From: Armatimonadota bacterium | GTDB taxonomy: Bacteria; Armatimonadota; HRBIN16 | Length of the DNA stretch: 64,000 nt | NCBI GenBank assembly: GCA_963677485.1 | Contig: OY781964.1 | Location: 2,816,001 to 2,880,000, forward strand | Direction of reading: 5' to 3' | Part shown: positions 57,741 to 64,000 of the stretch, in pieces | Layout: each line of letters begins with the position of its first letter | How positions within the stretch are numbered: position 1 is the first letter of the stretch | The notes under the pieces: model-generated | What the model was told of the DNA's origin: nothing | The model's input: only the letters and a program-made list of their open reading frames with translations | The model's database searches: none | Translations under genes and position numbers: made by a program

Positions 57741-60700
57741 ATGAAGTTCCTATTTGCATCCATTCTTCTTTTCGTGCTGTCCGTCTACGCGATGGCAGCG
57801 CCGCCCAATGTGAGCAAAGGCGTCAACATGCGCATGGCGGGCTGGCATATGAGCATCATCTCTGTGGATGAGCAGACGCCCAACCTCTGCCTGGCCACCT
57901 ACATGAACGACAAATTCGCCTACATGGACCTCTATTCCGTAGCGATGGTGGCCCCTGCGCTGCGTATCGATGGCAATCTGATCGGCTTCGATATGGCCAC
58001 CGATGTGACTGTGGAGGATTTCCCCGGCGGGGTACGCGCCAGCATGAAGCTGGCCGGCGTGCGTGTGAGCCTGGAAGCTACCCCGCTGATGGTGGGCCGC
58101 TATTCGGCGCAGCAGGATGGGGCGATGATGCTTAACATCAACACCTCGCCAGCCACACCGGTGGTGCTGCGTGTGGGCGGAAGTGCCCCTACCAACAACG
58201 GTGCTGCGAACTCCCAGCCGGTGTGGCTGCGAGCAGGCAAGTTCTGGGAAAACACCACCTCAGTCAAAGTGGTGGGCGAAATCGGCCGACTGGATAGCTC
58301 CGCGGTGCCCTTCAAGATGGCGGTCACCGCCTCTGGCCCCCTCACCGCCAGCGATGAAGCGGACAAAAACTATCTGCAGGCGGAACTGAGCAAGGGCTCC
58401 GGCGAAATGTTGGTGGCATTTAGCACCACCGAACCCACCGTGATGCAGATCGCTGAGGGCAGCCGGGCGACCTATAAGGCTGAACTGAAAGCATACTACA
58501 AGCAACTGATGAGTAACAGGGTGAACACACCCGACACGCTCATCAACAAGACTTTCGCGAGTGCGCTGTATAACCTGGAATACAACTACATCTATCCCTA
58601 CGGCTGGAACGAGTGCATCCACCACTGGGAGGCCCTCTGGCACATGCAGCACACCGGTGCGGCGGACTGGATCGGCCAGAGCATCCGCACCCGCGACGTG
58701 AATGTGGTGAGTGCCAAGAACCTGTTTGGCGATGGCAATGTGCCGCAGTTTATGCCATCCGGCAAAACCCGCAGCGACTTCGGTGGCTCCAACCAGTTCT
58801 TTGGCCAGCAGGTCAACCACTACTGGAAGCAAACCGCCGACCGTTCGCAACTGCAGTTCTTTGCGGACACCATGGAGAAAGTCACCACGGCCACCTTTAA
58901 TCGGTATGACACCAATGGTACTGGTTTACTTCGCTGGGGACAGCAGATCGGCAACCAGGAGGACTATGTCAGCACCCCGGGTGACGGCACCTCCACCACC
59001 GTTGAGGGCATCAACCTGCTGCGCACCACCGCGGAGCTGCAGGCTGCGTTGGGTAACACCAAGCGAGCGGAGGAGCTCACCAGCCGCGCGGATCAGATCG
59101 CGATGAAGATGCGCAAAACCCTCTGGCAGCCGGAATTCGGCCGCTACGCCTTCTACACCGACGCCTCAGGTGTGGTTCGCCCCGATGGACAGTATCACAC
59201 GCTGATCTATCCGGTGATCTACGGCCTGCTCGATCCGCTGGACAGCTACACCTCGATCCGGCAGATGAATGACCGGCTGACCGATTCCCGCGGGGCCATC
59301 ACCTGCAGCAACAACATGCCCAACCATATGACGGGCACCTGGGGTATGCAGATTGGGGCCGCGCAGCAGCCTTGGGCCGCGATGGGACTGGCCGCTGTGG
59401 GTGACCGCAACCGCACCTGGCAGCCTCTGCGAGCTGTGGGCGATTGGGTATGGGATGTCAACCACCGCGGCAGTTGGCCCGAGATCTCCATTGAAGGCTG
59501 GCCGTCCTACTTCTCGCCGCCCGCCGGATTGTATGTGCAGTCCACCATCGAGGCTTTGTTTGGCCTGAAGATGGACGTGCCTGCGAAGAGCATCCACGTG
59601 TCACCCAGCTTCCCCGATAAGTGGAACTATTCTGACATCAATCTGACCGACGCCAGTGCGTCATACAAACGCGACGGCAGCAAGATGAGCTACACCGTCA
59701 CCACGCCCAAATCACTGAAGCGTGTGATCCGCTGGAGCCTGCCGCCAGTGAACGCCGTGAAGCTGCTGGTAAACGGCAAGCCCTGCGCGTTCAAGCTGGA
59801 GGCTGTTCCTGAGGGCGTGATGCTGACGGCCACCACAGCCGCGATGACCAGCAGCCGCATCGAGCTGGCCATCGAACCAGCCGACGTGGTACTGAAAGCC
59901 CCAAAGAGCATCGCTGAGGGCGAAGTCCTGAACGTCACGATGAGCGGCGCGAAGATGGTGTCGGTGGAGGACAGGCAGAAGCTGCTTTCGCGCTTCGAGC
60001 TGAATTCAGCGAACCTGCAAGCTCGTTTGGACACCGATCTGATGAAACGCGCCCAGAGCTACGGCCGTTTGGGAGCCATGAACTTCAGTCAGCGCACGCT
60101 GTTTGTGAAGGCCATCACCACCGGCGGCATCGCCTTCTGGCAGCCGATCAACATCACCCTGCTGCCCCGTGTAGAGGCGACTCCGGTGAAGGCGATCCAA
60201 CTGACCGAAGAGGGCGGGGAGCTTCGGCTGCTCGTGCGCAATAACACCCAGAACAGCATCAGCGGGCAGTGGCAACTGAGTATTACTCAGTGTGTCTACC
60301 CCTTCAATCTGAAACTAGCGGCCCGCTCTGAATCTGAGGCGGTCGTCAAAATCCCCAAGGGCCGTCTGGCGTTGTTTAGCGCGGGCGACAACACGGGCGA
60401 GCTGTTCACACCGGACCATCAGCGGATTTCCGTGGTATGCAGTGCAGATGAGCTTTACAAGCAGCCCGCACTGGCCTCCTATATGGCCCCGAAGATCAAG
60501 CACCTGGCACTGCCTCAGACCAAGCTGGCAGAAGATACCAAGTGGCGCGAATGGCGGCAGTATACCGCCTTTGGACACTGGCCATGGGCGAACAGCCGTC
60601 CACCGATGGAGGCACTTGGTGAAAAGACCGGCGTGACCGTGCCCGGACTAGAGGGCGTGAGCTTCATCACCAACCCTCGAAAGCTGATCCCTCTGTCGCA

Positions 60701-61706
60701 GAGGTCAGGCCAGCCTTCCATCCAACTGCCGGTTGCCCAGGAAGGCGTTCGGAAGATATACCTTCTCGTTCTACCCCTGCTGGATAATCACGACACCTAT
60801 GTGTCAGCCGCACGCGTGGATGTACAGTTGAACAATGATGAGATCATCTCACGCACCTTCACCTCTCCTGGCGACCTGGACTGGTGGGTACCGCAGGAGG
60901 TGGTGGGTGAGTTCTGCACCAGCCGCATTCCGCGTGAGAACCGCTTCGGTCTGCTGCCGATGCTCAAATCCACACAAGGTGACTGGGCGATCGCTCATCC
61001 CATCGCATCTGGTGATGTGGACAGCCATAAAGGTCTACCGCAGCCGGAGTTCTGGGCCAGCAGCCGAAACTTCAACACGGCCTCGGCCACATTCAATGTG
61101 CTTGAGATCGACCTTGGGGCTCCCCGGCGAGTGGAGTCACTCAGCGTGAGTGCGCTGGGTCTGGAACCTGCTATCGGGCTGGTAGCGGTGAGCTACGAAC
61201 AGGGCGATGGCGGCAGCTTGCAGGGCACCGAGTACCAGTTGGCTGGAGAGTATCGCATGCCGACCACGCTGTTCCAGGCCGACGCGCCGAACGCACTTGA
61301 TGGCTGGCAGTTGGAGGGCGACGCCTTCAGCGTATGTGCCATTCCCAGCCTGTTCACGGAGCACACGTTTAACAGCATGGGCAAGTCTGGTGAGAAAGCC
61401 ACAGGAACCGCCACCTCTCCGGCGTATACCGTGCCGGTGGACGCAAAGTATCTGGAGTTCTACCTGCAGGGTGGTACCAGCACCGGGCTCAGCGGAGAGG
61501 GCTCGCTGCGGATCGAGGTCCGAGATGTGGTATCGAACCAGCTCTACCATGCCATCAGCATAGAGGGCAGCCATCAGTTGCGTCGGCAGTATGTGGATGC
61601 CGCGAAACTGCACGGCAAGCAGATCAAGCTGGTGATGGTGGATAACAACCGCAACCTCAGCTACGCCTGGCTGGGGCTGATGTCATTGAAGGTGGCCTAT
61701 CGGTAG
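57741..61706 (+). CDS. Large secreted glycoside hydrolase-like protein, (alpha/alpha)6-barrel type
   Basis: Signal peptide; RYDTNGTGLL, NQEDY, LWQPEFGRY, GSWPE, IEALFGL...SPSFPDKW typical of six-hairpin glycosidases; 1321 aa. Confidence 0.7.
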   Translation: MKFLFASILLFVLSVYAMAAPPNVSKGVNMRMAGWHMSIISVDEQTPNLCLATYMNDKFAYMDLYSVAMVAPALRIDGNLIGFDMATDVTVEDFPGGVRASMKLAGVRVSLEATPLMVGRYSAQQDGAMMLNINTSPATPVVLRVGGSAPTNNGAANSQPVWLRAGKFWENTTSVKVVGEIGRLDSSAVPFKMAVTASGPLTASDEADKNYLQAELSKGSGEMLVAFSTTEPTVMQIAEGSRATYKAELKAYYKQLMSNRVNTPDTLINKTFASALYNLEYNYIYPYGWNECIHHWEALWHMQHTGAADWIGQSIRTRDVNVVSAKNLFGDGNVPQFMPSGKTRSDFGGSNQFFGQQVNHYWKQTADRSQLQFFADTMEKVTTATFNRYDTNGTGLLRWGQQIGNQEDYVSTPGDGTSTTVEGINLLRTTAELQAALGNTKRAEELTSRADQIAMKMRKTLWQPEFGRYAFYTDASGVVRPDGQYHTLIYPVIYGLLDPLDSYTSIRQMNDRLTDSRGAITCSNNMPNHMTGTWGMQIGAAQQPWAAMGLAAVGDRNRTWQPLRAVGDWVWDVNHRGSWPEISIEGWPSYFSPPAGLYVQSTIEALFGLKMDVPAKSIHVSPSFPDKWNYSDINLTDASASYKRDGSKMSYTVTTPKSLKRVIRWSLPPVNAVKLLVNGKPCAFKLEAVPEGVMLTATTAAMTSSRIELAIEPADVVLKAPKSIAEGEVLNVTMSGAKMVSVEDRQKLLSRFELNSANLQARLDTDLMKRAQSYGRLGAMNFSQRTLFVKAITTGGIAFWQPINITLLPRVEATPVKAIQLTEEGGELRLLVRNNTQNSISGQWQLSITQCVYPFNLKLAARSESEAVVKIPKGRLALFSAGDNTGELFTPDHQRISVVCSADELYKQPALASYMAPKIKHLALPQTKLAEDTKWREWRQYTAFGHWPWANSRPPMEALGEKTGVTVPGLEGVSFITNPRKLIPLSQRSGQPSIQLPVAQEGVRKIYLLVLPLLDNHDTYVSAARVDVQLNNDEIISRTFTSPGDLDWWVPQEVVGEFCTSRIPRENRFGLLPMLKSTQGDWAIAHPIASGDVDSHKGLPQPEFWASSRNFNTASATFNVLEIDLGAPRRVESLSVSALGLEPAIGLVAVSYEQGDGGSLQGTEYQLAGEYRMPTTLFQADAPNALDGWQLEGDAFSVCAIPSLFTEHTFNSMGKSGEKATGTATSPAYTVPVDAKYLEFYLQGGTSTGLSGEGSLRIEVRDVVSNQLYHAISIEGSHQLRRQYVDAAKLHGKQIKLVMVDNNRNLSYAWLGLMSLKVAYR

Positions 61707-61740
61707 GGGATGAACTAACGACTCATTTCGCTATTGGCGT

Positions 61741-62020
61741 GTAAGGGCGGTTCGCGAACCGCCCTTCACGTGTTGCTGGTCTGTTGATAGATGGAACCCA
61801 ACGTAAAGGCGCAAGGGTGCAATGGCGCAAAGATATGTGACCGCGCCGGTTTCTCGGTACGCTGCCAATCGCCATGCAAATACTCTCCGGCGCGGTCTGG
61901 CGGACAGCCCAATCCGTAGCTGAAACATACAAAGGCCCCCCTGGGAACGCCAATCTCCCGATTGGCATTTCCCTTCCCATCCTCCCCATCCGCGGTATCC
62001 GTGTCATCTGTGGTTCAGAC
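61741..62020. repeat. Mixed repeat cluster
   Basis: GTAAGGGCGGTTCGCGAACCGCCC, GGCGCAAGGGTGCAATGGCGCAA, GACCGCGCCGG...CCGGCGCGGTC, CTGGGAACGCCAATCTCCCGATTGGC, ATCCGCGGTATCCGTGTCATCTGTGGTT. Confidence 0.85.
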
Positions 62021-62212
62021 AAATGGTAAGCAACACGGTGGCCTATTGCTCACTTGCCGGCTGACCAACCCAGATTCGATGATGGGCATCGTCATTTGGA
62101 TTCAGCATAAAGAACAGAGATGAGATTACAAACTTTCTGTGAATAGGCAAAATGGCAATGCAGTTCGAGAAATAACCATAGTGATACAGCATACTCATAT
62201 TGGAGGTCGGTA

Positions 62213-63118
62213 ATGACATTATCGGAACCGGTAAAAGCTGTAATACGTATGCAAGATTACATTCACCGAAGTATCCATGACGAACTAACCATTGATGATA
62301 TATGCTCCGAATCGGGTTATTCAAATAGGCACTCTTTACGGTTATTCAAAGTGCATTTGAATAAAACAGTTTTTGAGTATATACGGGATTTACGGTTAGC
62401 AATAGCTGCTGGTAAACTAATTGGTTCCAATAGCCATGAATGCATTTTGGAAATTGCGCTAGATTCAGGATTTGGGTCACACGAAGGGTTTACAAAAGCA
62501 TTCAACAGTCACTTTGGAGTATTACCGAGCTATTATCGTAAAAAGTGGTTCCCGACCAACTATACAGCTCCAACTCCTATGAGTTATTACTATCTACTGC
62601 TGCGTTCGAAAGGAATGAATACGATGGGTGAATCAAGAACCGTGACGGCCACCTATATCACAAAACCCGCTTGTAAACTGATTGCCAGGCGTGGGATATT
62701 ATCGACCGACTACTGGTCCTATTGTGACGAAATCGGGTGTGACATCTGGGACACTTTGGTACAGGTACCGAACCGACTAGATAAGGTCGCGTTTGTCATA
62801 CTGCCAGATGCTTTGGTTACTGACGGCACATCGAAACCATGTTGTGCTGTCGAAGTGCCGTTGGATTATACACAGCCTGTGCCTGAGGGCTGTGATATCA
62901 TCGAACTGACTGAACACACTATGCTGTGGTTTCAAGGTGCGCCATATGAAGATGAGGATTGGTATGGTGGTGCGCATTCCGAAATGTCCAATGCCATACA
63001 ACACTACAAGCCTGAACTGTATGGATATCGGTTTGCTTATGACATGGCACCGGAGTTCCACTACGGCACTTCAGCGAAGGATGGCTGCAGACAGTTAGTT
63101 CCGGTAGTTGCCTTGTGA
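62213..63118 (+). CDS. AraC family transcriptional regulator with C-terminal effector (GyrI-like) domain
   Basis: ILEIALDSGFGSHEGFTKAFNSHFGVLPSYYR HTH; GGAGG RBS; AT-richer than the flanks. Confidence 0.9.
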   Translation: MTLSEPVKAVIRMQDYIHRSIHDELTIDDICSESGYSNRHSLRLFKVHLNKTVFEYIRDLRLAIAAGKLIGSNSHECILEIALDSGFGSHEGFTKAFNSHFGVLPSYYRKKWFPTNYTAPTPMSYYYLLLRSKGMNTMGESRTVTATYITKPACKLIARRGILSTDYWSYCDEIGCDIWDTLVQVPNRLDKVAFVILPDALVTDGTSKPCCAVEVPLDYTQPVPEGCDIIELTEHTMLWFQGAPYEDEDWYGGAHSEMSNAIQHYKPELYGYRFAYDMAPEFHYGTSAKDGCRQLVPVVAL

Positions 63119-63294
63119 TATCGCCAAGGTGGCTTAACGTCATGCGGCCTGGCGGTTGCCATCGGCAACCGCCAGGCTTTCACCTTGCGACAGTCTGTTG
63201 GCCCAAAGTGGATTCCAACGAATAGCTGCCATGGTATGTCACCGCGCCGGAAGTAATCTGCATAGCGATTGCCAGCATACTGAGAAATCGGCGC

Positions 63295-63437
63295 GATCAT
63301 TATCTGATCTGCGTCATCTGCGTCATCTGTGGATGTTAACTCCCCTTCGTGCCAAGCGTCAACCGCCAAGGAGCAAGACCGGCGCGGTCTGATAGCTTTC
63401 AGTAGCCGCTATACCTCTGAAAGACCGCCCCGGACAT
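63295..63437. repeat. Repeat cluster between convergent genes
   Basis: ATCTGCGTCATCTGCGTCATCTGTGG and an inverted CCGGCGCGGTCT...AGACCGCCCCGG copy. Confidence 0.8.
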
Positions 63438-63457
63438 GGCAAATAGTTGCCCCTCCG

Positions 63458-64000
63458 CTACTCCTCGGGCTTGCCCAGGTCGGCGGGGGCTTTGGAGCGG
63501 CCGGCGAAGCCGGCCAGCACGATGACGGTCAGTATATACGGCATCGCCAGGAATAACTCGCTGGGTATCTCTACGCCTCGGAACAGGCTGCCTTGAAGCC
63601 GCTGCTGCATGGCATCCAGCAGGCCAAACCCCAGACTGGCTCCCACCACTCCCAGCGGGGTCCAGCGTCCGAATATCACCGCAGCCAGTGCCACAAACCC
63701 CTTGCCAGCACTCATGTTGTCGGAGTAGACATTCATCTGGCTGATGCTCAGGTAGACGCCTGATAGCCCGGCCAGCGCCCCGCTGATCCCCACACAGATC
63801 ATGCGGATACGCCGCACAGGCAGACCGGCGAGTCGGCTGTGCGAGGCACTCTCGCCGCAGGCACGGATGCGCAGTCCCCAGCCGGAGTGGTTCATGAGGT
63901 GGTGCATGGCCAGTAACATCAGGATCAGCAGCCACACGAAGGGGCTTTGGTCGTTCAATACCGGACCGATCACCGGAATACGATCGAGCCAGGATGCACT
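63458..64000 (-). CDS. ABC transporter permease (nucleoside/sugar type), 3' part
   Basis: WGLRIRACGE, AGKGFVALAAVIFGRWTP, MPYILT...APADLGKP; 5' end lies outside the window. Confidence 0.9.
   Translation of the reverse strand, partial: SASWLDRIPVIGPVLNDQSPFVWLLILMLLAMHHLMNHSGWGLRIRACGESASHSRLAGLPVRRIRMICVGISGALAGLSGVYLSISQMNVYSDNMSAGKGFVALAAVIFGRWTPLGVVGASLGFGLLDAMQQRLQGSLFRGVEIPSELFLAMPYILTVIVLAGFAGRSKAPADLGKPEE

Overview
64-kb piece of a GC-rich, carbohydrate-specialist bacterial genome. It is probably Armatimonadota-like, inferred from gene content and a C-terminal GDADGDNQINLFD dockerin-like motif. It carries housekeeping genes (proS, gpsA, apgM-type mutase, queC, queF, uvrA, tRNA-Arg(TCT), tRNA-His(GTG)), many glycoside hydrolases, a sulfatase and beta-helix proteins, an EmrAB-TolC efflux operon with TetR, and AT-richer accessory genes (Fic, a radical SAM pair, a DUF4209/HEPN-like protein, AraC). 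Intergenic DNA is dense with palindromic repeats. Five main findings: (1) a complete IS110 element whose bridge-RNA guide segments can be read off the sequence and match the host GTAG-REP repeats and its own ends; (2) an ORF-less group II intron inserted at the same REP foot (CCCCTAC|G), with an uninterrupted site also in the window; (3) a TIR-less element encoding a 511-aa protein with Rep_trans-like motifs, a candidate rolling-circle transposon, between tetR and its operator; (4) a glycyl-radical enzyme with a twin-arginine signal peptide and no adjacent activase; (5) a two-copy ~300-nt structured element with compensatory changes and crossing helices. Product calls come from motif recognition by eye; no database searches were run.
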